A stretch of DNA of 64,000 nt, taken from NCBI GenBank assembly GCA_010093815.1, contig ML996567.1; one strand, given 5' to 3'. This document shows positions 23,342 through 37,800 of the stretch, piece by piece. The translations under genes were made by a program, and so were the position numbers. Below the pieces are notes generated by a model that had not been told where the DNA came from, searched no databases, and worked only from the letters and a program-made list of their open reading frames with translations. This stretch comes from Pseudovirgaria hyperparasitica. Lineage: Eukaryota. Numbering within the stretch: position 1 is the first letter of the stretch; the number at the start of each line of letters is the position of its first letter.

Positions 23342-26300
23342 TCAATCATCCAACGATCCCGCCGCCTCCTCCGCCTCGATCCTCGTCCTGTTAGCCAGCC
23401 GGACCAAGTCCGCATCCATATGCACGTCATCTTCATCGTGGCCCACTCCTACCGGCTCTCCCTCCAACAAGCCCTTGCCGACATCATCCTCGTCGTCGTC
23501 GACGGGCATCCTCTCCTCTGTTATAGCCGGCAGCACACCTCCGTTGGCTTTCATGGCTTCGACGGTAGCTTTGGTGATGTCCACGACGTAGTTGCCGAGG
23601 TGCTCCAGGCCTTCGATATCGGTGGCCTCGACGGCGTCTGCTGCCAGTCGCTTCGTGGGGTGCATTTCGCCGGTGACGACGGCGAGTTTGGTTGGGCGGG
23701 CAAAGAGACGGTCGAATGCTTCGTGCAGCTCGAGGCACGACTCGAAGACTGCACGGCGGCCGAGGACATACAGGCCAAGGCGAGCGCGTGAGAGGGCGAC
23801 GGTCAGACGGCGGATATCGCGGAGATAGCCGACGCGAGTGGTGCGAACGAGAGAAAGAATGATGTCTAGATGCCTGTCAGTCATGGTCGTCTGGTGTGAT
23901 TGGTGGGTTGATGCTTACAGTCATTCTGCTCGCCCTGGTACTTGTCCACTGTCGTCACGATCCGCGGGAGACCGAAAAGCCTGTGATTCTTGCACCTGTG
24001 GTCCAGCACGTCCTTTATGAGCGCTCGTTGTCCGGCATATGTTGTTAATATCGATATCTTGGAAGCTGCGTAGCCTAGAAGACGCATATACATGTAAATC
24101 TGAACAGCGTATTCGGCCTCGCCCAAGTTCTGGATGAAATGTGGCGTTGGCTCACTCTCGCCTTTACCTTTGTAGTCAGGCACGTCAATGAATTGGTAGT
24201 CATAACGGAAGCCGGCGTTCGCTGCAAGATACTCAGGTGATGTCTCAACGGACGGGAGGTTGCCAAGATGAGGGTATCGCCATTGGTACAAGTCTGCGAG
24301 AGTCGGTCTTGCACGACCTTGCTGGTCGAGCATGATGGTCGGCACACCAAGACGAACCAATCTCAAAAAGAGACTCTGTTCTAGGTTGGCGTACTGTCTG
24401 AATGCCATATTTTGGATGATAGGTGAGTTTTGGTAGTGATCGCCACACATGACGATCCGCTGCAAGGGCAACTCGCCATCCTTCGGATCCTGAAGAGCCA
24501 GGGGTATGAAGTTCTCAATTTCCGTGATCTGAGCGGCTTCTTCCATGATGACGTTGTCGTAGTGGAAGCCAAGCTTGGCAATCTCTTGCCGTCTCATTGC
24601 TGCATGTGTTGATGTCATGGCAATGATGCGTGCTTCCTTGATGAGAAGATAGTTTGCCTTGTCTCTTGCATTCCTCAGGATCTCAAATGGTCTAATGTCC
24701 TCTAGTTCGCTAAAGATCTTCTCGACATGACGATAGCAGCCCGTGACGACGTCAATGATAGCCTCTCGCGAGCTGTCTCGTGAAAATAGTGGCTGTGGCG
24801 CGTTCGAAAAGTATTGATGGAACGGGAATTCCGAGATAATTTGCTCGAGGCTAAATGTTCCGGATTGTACACCTTCCCAGTACTTCGTCCATGCTGGCTG
24901 CACGTAGACTTTGTTAAAGTAATCCGCAGTCTCACATGAGCTTCCATGTGCACCCGGCGCCTGGAAGTTCTGAGCCAACCGATTGACTTCAGCAAGATAC
25001 TTTGCGCCATTCTCCAAGAACGACTCGACACGGCCAAACTTGCTGAAGCTAGCTTCTGTCTCAAGCTCCTCCTCTCCATGACCTAATCGAAGGAGATGCC
25101 TTTCGTCGATGTCCAGGGCCACGATCTTCTGGAAAAGCTGATTTAGGGCCTGATTGCTGTGTGCGACGAGGAGTGTCCGTTGTGATGGGAAGTTGTGATA
25201 TATGTTGTTGATAATCTGTGTAGCAACATCGGTCTTACCAGTGCCCGGTGGTCCGACAATGACTGTCAAACCAGGCTGTGTTCCAGACGTGATGGCTTGA
25301 ATTTGTGCCGGGGTGAATCGTACAGCGTTGAGCTTTGGCGCGTCTGTTGGATATGGTCCCGTGTTCGGAGGTTTGTACGTCGTCACTTGTAGATTCTCGG
25401 CTGCTGGTGCTTTGGGCTCCTCGGGTTCTGCGCGCCGTCTCTTTTTGGAAGGACGAACAGGAATAGACTGCTGCTCTTCTTCGGGGAACTCCAGCACATA
25501 AGGTGGACCGAAGCTAGCCTCAACCTCGTCGCTAGGTTCGATGGTCTTGCCGGGTAAGCTTTCGATTAAATGTTGCCAATCCAGAAATGTGTCCCTGAAA
25601 TCTATGGACTTCAGCCTGTTAGATAGTCGTTTATAGGTGGCACTAGCAGGATCACCATAGCCAAGGAACACTTCCTGGAACCAAGTAGGCGCTGGAATAT
25701 CAGAGAGTGTAAGCCGACGAATCGACTCCAAGATCGGCCTGAAATTGTTCTCACGACCTCTTCTCCTCACAACCATGTTGATATCCTCGTACACGTTTGG
25801 TTTGCCCGCAGCTTGGCGATCGATGTCTTGCTGGTATGTCACAGCGTCAATATTGACAATGAGTCGTACTTGTTGTCGCCGGTAGGATGCCCCGTTTTGC
25901 ACCTGATTCTCCCGCAGCGTCTTTCCATTCTCATCTTGGACTTCGACTACCTCGGCCGCACGTAAGGTCTTCAGCCCGATCTTTTCAGCCGAACTGTCTG
26001 TGCCGTGGCCATTCGAAACGAGGCGGCCATCCCCATCAGGATGGACTGCAAGCAAGAAGATCACGTCTCCGTGGCGAAGAAGCTCCCACTCCTTCCGAAG
26101 ACCAAAGTTTAATCGACTCACATCGAGAATGAGCTCCGAACGGACATGTGCAGGGTACATTTGCCCGACGTTTGCTGGCGCAACGTCCACAATCGCAGGT
26201 TTCGGTATCGGGAGTGCAAGCCGCGAGAAGCCATTGAAGCGGGTTCCTGCCGAGAGTGTTCTCTTCGGTTCCATTCGTTTGATTGCATCTTCCATGTCAG

Positions 26301-27847
26301 ACCTGATTTCGTAAAAAGCCTCGGCTCGGTACAGGATGAAAGATCTCCAGAGAAAATCACCCATGCTAAGATATTGCAAATTCAACTTTGGGATGGCGAG
26401 CGGTCGAGAACCGTTATATGTCTGGTTTCTTAAAAATGTCTCCTCGTATAGGACGCGCTCCGTTGGTAATAAATGCATCTCCCGCACCGACTCCTGGAAC
26501 GTAGGCCGCCGTTCATGTGCGCATACTAGAACCTCCGTAAAGAAGTCTCGGTCTTGCACAACCAGGGAGGATGATGGGAACTCTGTTCGAAATTTCAACA
26601 GCTGGCAAAGCTCTTGAATGTCATCATCGATGAGGGTCTTCAGGTGGCCTTCCAGATCAGCCCTCTTGTCAAGCGACGCATAGTTCGATAGTGCCAAGAT
26701 GTGTAGCTTCTTATTGAAGTGCTTGATCGCGATTCGTTGGAGCCTGGCCAGTTTGGCGCAGTGTGCTTGGTGGTACTCGATTGCAGTCTGTTGTTGACCG
26801 ATCTGATCATCGATCGGGAAATAGGTGAAATGCCGGAACAAACCAAACAGATCCCGGAATAGACCACTGTCTGGCCCGGAATACATGGGGGACAGCTTGA
26901 CAGCAGGGACAAGATGAAGATCCTGTAAGAGGGTATTGACATAGCGTCGAGTTGGGAGTTGACTGAGCAAGTCGGAAAGAAACTCCAGGAACCGCTCACA
27001 GTACAACCTGTTCTCCATTCCAGGCTGTCCGGTCTGTTCGGGTCCATATATGCGATTCAGAAAGTCCAATAAGAGAGTGTAGAGCCATGATCGTTCGAAC
27101 CTAAGTTTGCCTTTGGTCTCATCGTCAGCACCATCGTACTTCTTCTGCATTGCCCTCCATGCCTTTCTCAGCATCACATTCTTATCCAGGTGTCCTTCCC
27201 TAGCAGAATCGCTATGCAGATTGTGCCATAAGCCTATGGAGACCAGTGGTGCGCACTCCTTCCTGATCAGTCCACTGTCGAGTGATTGGAAAGCTCCAAT
27301 GATAAACGATATAAGGTGCTGCCGTATCTTGGATGACAGACTCGAATCGATAGTCATAGATAATATGCGGCGAAAACAAGACGAGAACTCCGAAGCCCTA
27401 TTCGTGAAGACGTCTGTACCTCTCTGTTAGCAAACAATCAATCACTCATGTTCTTCTCTCGGCCTTACCCCAAGCAGGCAGATTCTCCCTCCTCTTCACA
27501 GTAACCAGCAGAGCCATAAGCAGCACATGATGATTCGAGCTCTCCTCGCTATACCCAGGCCACAAATACTGCTCCAGCAGCTGCAGATTCTCCAAGATCA
27601 ACAGCGATCCAAACGCAAAGTCGTCCTTCTCCAGGTGATCCCACAGCTCCTCCTTGACGACCGAGTTTCGCACTCTGGGCGTCTTCGCCGTGCCCAGCCA
27701 ATGCTTCCTCGCGACCTGCGCGTAGTAGTTCTCTCCGTGGAGATCGGACGTCGTCGGCCTCGTATGCAGCGCAGACTCGTCGGCGGATGGAGCTGTAATG
27801 GGCACAACGGAGCCGTTGCGCGGGCGCGAGGGTGCTGAGTCGGCCAT
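23342..27847 (-). CDS. cwf11: Spliceosomal RNA helicase Aquarius / Cwf11 (3 exons)
   Basis: LENLQLLEQYLWP, YCERFLEFL.DL.SQLPTRRY, PKLNLQYL, GPPGTGKT, MEEAAQI, TVDKYQGEQND, VALSRARLGLY. Confidence 0.93.
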
Positions 27848-28111
27848 GTTTTGGCGCGCGCGCGTGCAGGTATCGTACAGTCGGATATGGGAAACCTGTC
27901 CGGGGCCTGTTATGCTGGAGTCATTATCGTGCTTTGCGTGCGCTACGTGAGAGCAAATCGCGACGCGCCTTTGGGGGATTATTTCCAGTAGCTTAACTTT
28001 GATTGAAGCTCCGACGGGGGATGGTGCTTAGTCATTCATGCGGGCCCGCCTTCATATCAACCTCACCTCTCACCTCGTCTCTATACTTCCAGACAATATT
28101 GCCCGCCCATC

Positions 28112-29000
28112 ATGGTCGCTCTCAACCCAATTAACACGCCGGAGGAGCAGATTGAGATTGAGCGTCGGACGACGACGCTCTCCAAGAAGATCGATGCGCC
28201 CTACCCGGTACGTGCTGCACAAACCTCAGACCGGAGGGAATATCCAGCACAGAAAGAAAGCTAACAAACACCCGCAGCTCATTGACTGTGACCCGTACGT
28301 ACACCCTCGACTCAGCGCCCTCAGACATACTGGATAGCTTCGCTAACAGACAGAATAGACACTTCTCCCGCGTACTACGCTACATGCGCGGCGCAGACTA
28401 CGCCATGGCCGCCGGCATGACCGCTCTCCCCACCGCCCTCATCCTCCTGCAAGAACGCATAAACCCCATGAACGTCGGCAAGCGCAACTTCGCACGCATA
28501 CTCCGGCTCTCGTTCTGGGGCGGGCTTGGGTCCGGCTTCCTACTCGCGTACCAACAATCAAGCTGTACGTGAAACCCCCCCTCCCCCTTTTACCGACCAC
28601 CCGACGGCCTCAGTAGTAGCTAACGCAGGAATCATAACGACACACAGACCGCTTCTACGGCGCGATCGAAAACCGCCGCGAGATCGACATGGACATGCGG
28701 GAGATGGTCGACAAGGTCAAGCGCGGCGAGCCGCTGTACGGCGTGAGCTCGCTCAGTCCGCACAATCAGGGCACCATGGCCAGGAACTCGCGGTATTCGG
28801 CCGTTGGTCTGTATCTGGTTCCGTGGTTCAACTTTGTTAACCACCCATACGTATGTAATCTTAATTCCAAGGGTCAACCGGCTGTTGTATAAAGGGATCT
28901 TGCTGACGAGTCGGAATAGCATGGCGTGGATACGGCCAAGTATTATCGCCAAGCGGAGCGGGAGCTGGAGGAAGAGCGTCTTAAGAGTGGTGCGTCGTGA
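28112..29000 (+). CDS. NADH:ubiquinone oxidoreductase 20.9/21-kDa fungal accessory subunit (NUXM); 5 exons including a 17-nt micro-exon 28278-28294
   Basis: Spliced YP|LIDCDP|HFSRVLRYMR.ADY ... GFLLAYQQS ... RFYG..EN.RE..MDMREMVDKVKRGEPLYG ... PWFNFVNHPY|HGVDTAKYY. Confidence 0.88.
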
Positions 29001-29403
29001 GTGTTCGCCAATAAAAGGGGGGAGGGTGAGGGGTTCGATTTGATGGGTGCCTGGGACGACAGCAGAGCAACTATCAATGTATGTATGTACAAAGCAAATC
29101 AATGTCGACAATTTTTCCTTTGCAGTAAACCTGGATCGGCGTTCTTATACTAGTATGTTGGTGGTCTCCTATCGTAGATATTGGAGAACCTGTACACTGT
29201 CATAGCCGGCTCTTGCATTGATTGCATCAGTACATCGTGATAATGCCTTCGGTCTCCAAAAGTCACCTCAAAACAGCAATAAAACGTTTTTTCATTGGTA
29301 TCACGGTGTCTCTACTCTACTCTACTCTAGCCAAGCAAGGCGCACTCTACATTTCTATGCATCAGACCTCCTCTATGCCCCTGGCATCAAGCCCAGCCAT
29401 GCT

Positions 29404-32040
29404 CTAAATCTTAAGCTGCTCCAGCGTGCTATACCCAGGCGGCACAGCGCCCTTCCGCTGCCCCTCAAGACCGCTGACCTTCGTACAGATCCACGTCGAC
29501 GCATACATATTCACACTATCACAACGCATTAGCAAGATACACTTTCACAAAACTCAAGAGCAGGACTCACCGATCAATACACGTGCCCGGCATGCGCATG
29601 CCGACGCGATCACACCTGAAGCCCAACTCCTCAAACGTCTCGATATACCAGGGCGAGAGCCCAGAGCTACGGAGCATGACACGGCCTTTATTCTTCAGGA
29701 CGCGGTTCAGGGCGCGGATCTGGGTTGCGGCTTCCGGGCCGGCGGGGTCGAACCAGTCCATGGAGTCCATGACGACGGCGATGGTGAGGGTGCCGGGGCT
29801 GATGCGGGCGATGACCTCGTTGATCTCATCGGTGTGGATGCGTAGGCCGTCGAAGGCGTCGGGCTTGTTCAGCTTGATGTGGGCGCGCGGCGTGAGGTAC
29901 TCTGGGTGGGAGCGGCGGCTGTAGCGGCCTTTAAGACAGAGGTAGTAGTAGTGGTTATCCTCGCTCAGGAGGGTGGTGTTGACGACGGGCTCGAGGGTGT
30001 TGACGATGTATTCCCAGATGGCGTGGCCGGATTTGTTGGTGGTGGTGTGGATGTCGGCTTGTTTGAGGTAGTCGTGCTCAATCATGTTGCGTTGGTTGGG
30101 CGGCACGCCGAGGGCCTTCCAGAGCCATTTCTCGTTGCCGACGACCGTCCACGCCAGGATGCGGGAGAAGACCACGTGCTTGAGGCTGTGGTTCCAGATC
30201 TCGCGCTGCTCGTTGAGCGTCTGGGCGGAGCAGAGCTTGTCGACTTCGCCGGAGAGGCGTAGGGTACGGAAGAGACGGCCGACGAGGCGGAGGGCGTGTC
30301 CGGAGCCGCCAGTCAGATAGAGGCCTTTCTTGTTGAACGTTTCGGGGCCGTAGGTCAGCCAGAACTGGAAGGCGAGTGAGGACATGTGAGGGGAGAGCTT
30401 GGTGACGAGAAGGTTGCGGAACTCGTCGTGTCGACCCTCGCCAAACATCTTCCAGACGTCGGCATAGCCGAGCGCGGTAAAAGCGGCGACCTTGAGCTCG
30501 AGCAAATGATTCTGTGCAGGGTTGAGGTCGACTGCGTGTATACGGCGGGGGCTTTCGAGGGCGAAGGAGAGGATGTTGTCACCCGCGCTGGTTAAAGCGA
30601 GGATGACATCGTCAGACTTGACCTTGAGAAGCCGCGCATCAACGCGACTATCTTCCCAGGTGAAAGCATAGATGTAGCTGTTGTTGAACATTACTGTTTT
30701 AGCGACTTGATCCTCGAAGTAGATTCTCCAGTGATGATTCTGGTACCACGCCGCAGGCAAAGGGAGACTTGCGGCGAGGTTGACCAACGCGCATTCGTAT
30801 GACTTTGAATGCACGTCAACCGCGTTCGCGCTGTGAGACTTCTTTGCCTGGAGATCCAATGCAGTCAGGAAAGGAGACTCGGTTGCAGCACAGTCGAGCT
30901 CGGCAAGCTTCTCGATTGAAGCTCCATTCTCTTTTGCGCAGCCAATCCATATGTAATACGGAATACGAACGCCCATGAAGCGATTTCGCTGATTCACACT
31001 GATGATGGTGCCGAACCGATACTCCAGGTAGTCCTATCTTCGTCAGTCACTTGAATGCTCCTATAATGCACCACGCTTACTCTTCGAGCTGGCTCCAAGT
31101 TGACGCGATCTACCTCGAACCAAGTTCTCCAGAAGACGCGAGAGATCCACATGCAGTGGCGATCGATGAAGCCCCCGGTATAATTACGGCCCTGGTAATC
31201 GATAGCGCTTTGTACGTAGAAGTCGCATACACCGATGATGCCGCTGGGCGCTAGAAGGGACGAAAGCGAATCGACTACAGAGTGAAATTCAGGGATCATG
31301 GAAAGCGAGAAGCTCATGGTGACCAGCTCAGCGCCGCCAGCATCGGCCTTTTCGTCCAAATCCCGTATAATGTGACCCTTCTCGGCGGCCTCTTTCTGTT
31401 GTTGAGCGCTGCTGAGGTGTTCATGAAGACGAAATCGGCGAGCATCCTGGCATATGACGTGAACATTCTTCCAGCCGAGCCTTTCGAAACGCTTGCGCGC
31501 AACTTCGAGGAGCGAGGGGGATAGATCGACGATGTATACGGCCTCGAAAAACTCGGGGATTGAGATTTCCTTGGACATGGCTTCAATGTTGTAGCCTGTC
31601 CCGCCACCAACCTACATTATATGTTAAGTTTGATTGATTTAACATGGTAATGAGAACGCTCTTACATCAACCCATACGGGCTTGCGTGTGAATTGACCGG
31701 TGTGTACCTTATGCTTCAACTGGGCAGCAACCAGGCCTAGCATGTCCTCACGACCAGTCAATAGCTTTGCACGCGTCGCATCATATATGCTGGCTTGTGC
31801 CGAATAGAAGCTCTCCAACGCATCTTGCTGGTTACCAGTGCCGTCCCCGGTGTGGGGCTTGAGAAAGCAGTTGTACGCAAACTTCAAGTACGCATGCAGC
31901 GAATATGGATTTGGCTTGCCGTCCTTGGAGGGCCAGGAAGCAGCTATGAATGTGATGACGAGGAAGACGGCAAGAAAAAAGATGACAATCCCAACCTCGT
32001 GCACAGGGTCTTGAGGAAGACCCATGGCAGCGCCAATCAT
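29404..32040 (-). CDS. BTA1: Betaine lipid (DGTS) synthase Bta1, fused BtaB methyltransferase and BtaA domains; 4 exons
   Basis: QQDALESFY..QA.IYDATR..LL.GRE, WVD|VGGGTG, SFSLSMIP, YIYAFTWED, LTSAGDN, VDLNPAQ, MDSMDWF, IDR|VNMYASTW. Confidence 0.92.
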
Positions 32041-33255
32041 GATTGTATGGAAGACTTGGGGCGCTCGAGTAGAGGGAAGAGAGGAGTTGAACCTGAGGAA
32101 TTGCAACACAGGACGGGCCTACAGTTGATATCTATCAACATAGCAATTGGGGGGGCTCTAAACATTGGGACTCCACTGGCGCACAGTCTAAGTGAAGATG
32201 CCCACCCCTCAATCACAGATACCCCTCCATTGACTCGAGCTTCAAGGCGGGAGCCTATCAGATGGTAAAGTTTGGAAACGAGCCCTGACGACAGAGGACA
32301 ACAATAGCATAGCGTCAGAGGGTCTTTGGCGCAGACGATCAAAAGGAGCACATAACCATGGGTCGGCATGAGCGGTCATGCAGGGCATCAAGATGCCGAG
32401 GGAATAGCCTCTCGCCGTGTGGTGGGGTCATGATCATGGAGATGAGCCTGTAAACGGGGGTTGAGATGCCATGTGCAGCGAGAGCTGTGGTGTTGAGGAA
32501 CCAGAGTCTGGGGATGGACAATGGTACGTCTCGCGGCCAAGAGCCAATCAGCAGTCCTCATGCCAGCACGCCCAAGTATGGCTCGAGTGGGAGCTCACCA
32601 GATCCACGCGAACAACATAAATGATATGCAGTGTCAAAGGGTCCAGCGATCGAGCTTGGATACGAAGTCGCTCTCGTGACCAGGGATCTCCGGTATATGC
32701 TCTTGATTGCCGTGGTTCCTATAAGATGCTTTGTTGCGTAGTGAAGCACGGCAGATCGTTCGTCAAGCGGTCGACTACATTGACCGGGCCATACGCTTCA
32801 CAATGGGTCGGGGCTTGTGAGATGAAGGCCTTGAGATTTGTCTGCTAAGTGATGTCACGAAGACTGCAAGAAACGCATTCCGGTCGTGCGATGTCGAGAA
32901 ACGGGGTCTATTCAGCTGCGCAAGAGCGAGGTTCTTGTTGTGACTACGGTGTCTGAGGGAGTGAGGGTGTCACACATGGGACAGCCAGATGGTTACGAAG
33001 GTGATGCGTGATTCAGGTCCGTCGATATATCTCAGTCAGGCATATCAAGCTCGCAAGAGGTTTGCCAAAGTGAAGATGATGTGGAGTTTATGATATCATG
33101 TGACTAGGCGCCGAGACGCATCATGCAGCTAGTACGCATCCGGAATAGCCTTGTCCATTGTTTTGTTTACACTCCACCAGCGACAATTTGCGACAATTCA
33201 CCGACTGCGACAACGACATTGAATTTCCGCATTATCGCTTACAACATAATACAAG

Positions 33256-35309
33256 ATGGCCGAGCCAATGTCGCCGCTGCCCTCGGCCGCCATAAATACC
33301 ACAGTCCCTGAAACGCCGGCGGGAGAAGAGACCTGGCACGACCCTCCCAGCTCGCCGTTTGTCGAGTGCGTCGATCAAGAGAACACTATGCAGTCTCTCG
33401 ATTTGCTCGAGAGGAAGACTGCGCAAAGAGTGGTCTCGCAATCTATCACACCAAGCAGACAGTCGCCCAAGAAGGTGCTGCAACCGATCGAGAATCTTCC
33501 TGAACCAGAAGCCGTCCAAGCCACGCCTCGCCCATTCGCGAAAGAACAGTCGCCTGTGAAGCCAACGCCGTCAAGATCGGTATCCAGAAGACGATCACCG
33601 GTCAAGCGGTCTGCTTCGCCACCGGCTGAGCAGCTGCGCGACAATGAAGGCCTGACGGTGGCTGCACGAAACTGGGAATACATGCAAGCAGACATCCTAG
33701 GCTCCGACGAGATTGACTACGATGAGACTATGGACAATACTTGCTTCAGTACATTTTCAGAGGTCCCGAATGTGGACATGACGGCTTTTTCGAAGATGAG
33801 ACGCAGCCCGACGAAACAATTGTTCGATCAGGTATGGGCAGAGATCCTCACAATATAGGCTTTCCACTAACCCATGTTTTGCAGTGTTTGTCTACTCCAC
33901 GACCAGGCTCCCAAAGAAGTCCTGGCACCGTGAGACGACACGGAGAAGGCCGATCGCCCTCACCGACACCGCGTGGTAACAGGTCCCTTGTTATAGATGC
34001 GTCAGACACGACCAACCTTTTGTTGGACTTTACCGAGCAAATCCAACAGTTTTCGACGGCAAGATCGCAAATGTCGCCCAACAAGATGTCGCCTGTCAAG
34101 TCACAAACGGAGTCGAATCTGCTGCACTACATCAACGGGCAGCGCTCACCGGGTAAAAGCACAAGACCACCCGCGACACCCTCGGGCAACAACCGGAACA
34201 TCCTAAACTTGCTCGACTTTGAACTTCCCCCACCCGCAACTCCACGCTCACTGCCCACGATTACAGTGCGTGAGCTCGAGTCTGTCAAGTCCAACTTGAC
34301 TGCACAGATCTCACAGCTTACAGCATCGCTAAGTGGCAAGGACGCGACAATTGAAAGTCTGACCAAGGCACTGAACGACGCAGAGAGGCGTGTGGGTGAA
34401 GCAAAGGAGAGTGTACGCGAGGAGCGAAGCGCGAGGGAGCACGCAGAGAACGAAAAGGCAACGTGGGAGAAGAAAGGGCACGAGGTCGAGAACGTACTAC
34501 GCAGCATCAAGAAGGAGATTATGGAGAGCGAGAAGGAGCGCGAGGAGCTGTTCCAGAAAGTGGAGGCAGCCGAACGACGTGCCGACGAGGCTGAAGCCAA
34601 GGCGTCTGATGCACATGCAAAGACCCTAGAGGCCGAGACCAAGCTTGTCGACGCGAGCGTGTTTGTGGCAGCAGACGAGACATCGTCGTCGCCGCGCTAC
34701 ACAGCTGAAGAAGTGCAAAGGCAGATTGACGAAAAGGTCGAGACGCTGTGCCGCGAGCTCCACATGGTCTACAAGAAGAAGCACGAGACGAAGGTGTCGG
34801 CGCTCAAGAAGTCATACGAGGCCAAATCGGAGAAGAAGCTTGCTGAACTGCAACGCAAGCTCAGCGAGCAGCAAAAGCAGATTGACGAGCTCCAGGTCGG
34901 CAAGGACGCGACGTTCTCAGGGGTGCTGCCGACGGACCTTCCCACGGCGCAGCACGCGGCAGACATGAAGCGGATCGACAGTCAAAAGGCGGAGATTGAG
35001 GAGCACAAGGCGCGGCTGGCGGGGGTGTCGGAGGAGATGCGCACGATGCGCGAGGAGCAGAAGAGGCTGATGCAGGAGCTGGAGCAGGAGCGGATCGAGA
35101 AGGGCGAGCTCGTGGCGGCGGCGGAACAGCTGATGACGCTGCAGGCGGAGCAGCCGCAGGTGGTGGAGGATTTCCGGAAGAGCGTCAACAGCAAGCCGTC
35201 CGGGCTACGGGCGCCGGGCGGGAGCAGGATTGGGAAGATTGGCGCGCCGAGCGGCAGCGGCAAGAGCAGGATGATGAGCAATATTGAGCGGATGGGCGGT
35301 GGGATGTAG
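33256..35309 (+). CDS. Coiled-coil fungal TACC/Slk19-like spindle-kinetochore protein (Alp7-like); intron 33832-33884
   Basis: SP/TP-rich N-terminus, NLLLDFT, TPRSLPTITVRELES, ELHMVYKKKHETKVSALKKSYE, LEQERIEKGELVAA. Confidence 0.75.
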
Positions 35310-35706
35310 GCTTGGACTTGAGTGTCGCCCTCCCAATTAGTTCTTTGCTGTGGTGTAGTTCCATGGCGTATTGGTTTCTTTGCTGTTGTGTAGAGGTCAT
35401 TTCTTGAAAAAGGGGGGTTATTGTCATGTCATGAGCTAGCGAGCTATTCTTTGGTTGTTTTGCTCGCCGAGTGTAGCAGCGCTGTCTATATCATGATGCA
35501 GCTTCGCAAGCTTTGTTCAGTCGTATGTGGGACATTATGCACACACGTCCAGCATGAGTTGGACGATATCACGTGGGCAAATATCGCACGGACCCTCGGA
35601 GGTCCGCAGCAACCCAGTTACTCACCATAACCCATCTAACCTTCCATCGCGCCCCTGCAAAAAAAAAACACATTCCCATCACCCACACAGCAACAGCACA
35701 TCCACC

Positions 35707-36626
35707 ATGGCCCGAATACCACAACGCCTCCTGGCGTCTATACCATCATCATCATCATCATCATCACCATCCACCCTCCAGCAAGCAACCGCCCGACTCC
35801 CTCCATCCCTCGCAGCCTGCACCCGCTGCAGCACCACCACCACCACCCTCCCCCACGGCCGCCGCCACCTAATGACAGCAAAGTACCCCGACTCCGCGCC
35901 CCGGAAAACCGACGACGACGACGACGAGTCTGTCGTTGCAACGCGCTGGGACGGGATGGAGCACATGGGCTCGGAAAAGTCTGTCCGGCGGGCGGGTGAG
36001 CCGGCGGTTGAGTTTCGGAGGTGAGGAGATGATGGGACATGGAGGAGGTCTGTGGGCTGACGAAGGGTGTAGGTTTATCAGTGCGAGGGGCAAGGCGCAG
36101 AGTGATAGGGCGTTGACGGGTGTGTTTGAGGGGGTGTTCAAGGCGACGGATGGGTCGTGGCGTGGTGTTGCGCTGGATGATTTGGGGGTTAAGTTTCGTG
36201 TTCGTGTACACCCAATTCCCCATCTACAGCATCACAGCACAGCATAGCTAACCTAAATCCCCCAAACAGGCAATCAAACAAATCATGCAGCAAACCGGCC
36301 GCATCATCCCGGACCCCATCATCCACGAGGTCCGAACCGCGGGCGCGCTCTTCGCACACATGCGCCAGCAGAACACGCAGACACAGACGACGAAGAGCAC
36401 GAAGACGCAGAACGGCACGGCCAGGGTGGCGGATGTGATGCGCACGCGGGAGCTGGCGGCGAATGTGCATGTGAGCTCGCGGCGGCGAACGATGCAGAGT
36501 CGCGAGTCGGCGATTGGGCGGTGGAAGGTGGTGCAGAAGGCGTTGATGGAGAGGCATTTGCCGCTGTATCGGGAGACGCATGATTGGGATGCGGGGCGGG
36601 TGAGGGGGCGGAGGGGGTGTGTGTAG
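35707..36626 (+). CDS. Mitochondrial large-subunit ribosomal protein mL50-like; introns 36021-36072, 36200-36269
   Basis: Presequence-like N-terminus; spliced W.GVALDDLGVKFR|AIKQIMQQTGRIIPD ... ANVHVSSRR ... IGRWKVV..AL.ER.LP. Confidence 0.72.
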
Positions 36627-37705
36627 GGTGAGTGTGTAGTGGGTGGGGAAGGGGAAGGGGAAGAGTTGTTGTTGTGGTGGTTAGGGGGGAAGGTGTGTTT
36701 ACGTAGTGTGTTTGATGGGGAGATGGCTTGTGTGGGTGTGGTTGGATGTGTATGATAGATGGATATATGTATATATCAGCCGAGTCAAGCATTCTGTGCG
36801 TGTATTTCTTGTGGAATCTCAATGTTATGAATTGATAGATTGGGAAGTCTACGTCTGTCTGGGCGAGTTGCAGCAGTCACGTCGGTCTTGTGTTGTGCTG
36901 TCCCATGGTAGTGCAGATGGACAGACGACATAGTAAGACCAACACTGTCTAGGTGTCTGTAGGTCTGCAGTCTGCATCGCACCTCAGGCATATGGATGTT
37001 GCTGCCTGAGGTCGGAACCCAAGTCAAATTCTGCCTGAGGCGCTGAGCAAAGCAGATGATTAGACCCTTTAATAATACTAATTAATTACATCGATGGATG
37101 GAACGACAGTCGCCTGGGTGCGTGGATGCCTGGTTAATCAGGCCATCAACGCAGACTCTCAGTGTGCTAGACCAGAAAGTAGCCTGTGTGCCTGAGACAT
37201 CAGGCAATCATCAGGCAACACCCTCCTCCATCACAGCCCTTATCTTCTCCCCCTGCCAGTGTACACTACCGACCTACCTAGCCATTACAGCGACCAAAGG
37301 CATACCATCAGAACAGCCCATGTCCGCCAAACACCCGTTCAACCTCTACCCTACCTCTATTCTATTCTAAACACAAGACCAGCCCAGGGAACGAACGGCA
37401 AAGTCACTGTAGTGAGGTAGTGCACACGCAAAGCGCTATCTAATTAACCCTCCGTTTCCAGACGGGGTGCAGGTCAGTACTGTAGTTAGTAGTAATTAGT
37501 ATTAGGCCCGGGATTGTAGTCTATCCCCGAACGAAATCCTTCCCGGGCGGGCATGCGTGCGTGCAGGGCCAGGGGCATAGTTCCGGGCTATTCTGCAATC
37601 CTGCGTTTTGAGTCTTGTCTATTGTTGTATTTCTCGCATTGTGAGGGACGGGGCGACGGACGGGGATTTGCGCGGCATCGAATGGGGTGGTGCGATTGAT
37701 GACAG

Positions 37706-37800
37706 TGATGATGATGATGATGATGATGATGATGACGATGACGCGGGCTGTGCAGCGTATGTATCGACGGATAGTTTGATGATGGATGGATGGATGGATG
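37706..37800. repeat. (GAT)n and (GGAT)n microsatellites in the long intergenic region upstream of ERG13
   Basis: Directly visible simple repeats. Confidence 0.9.
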
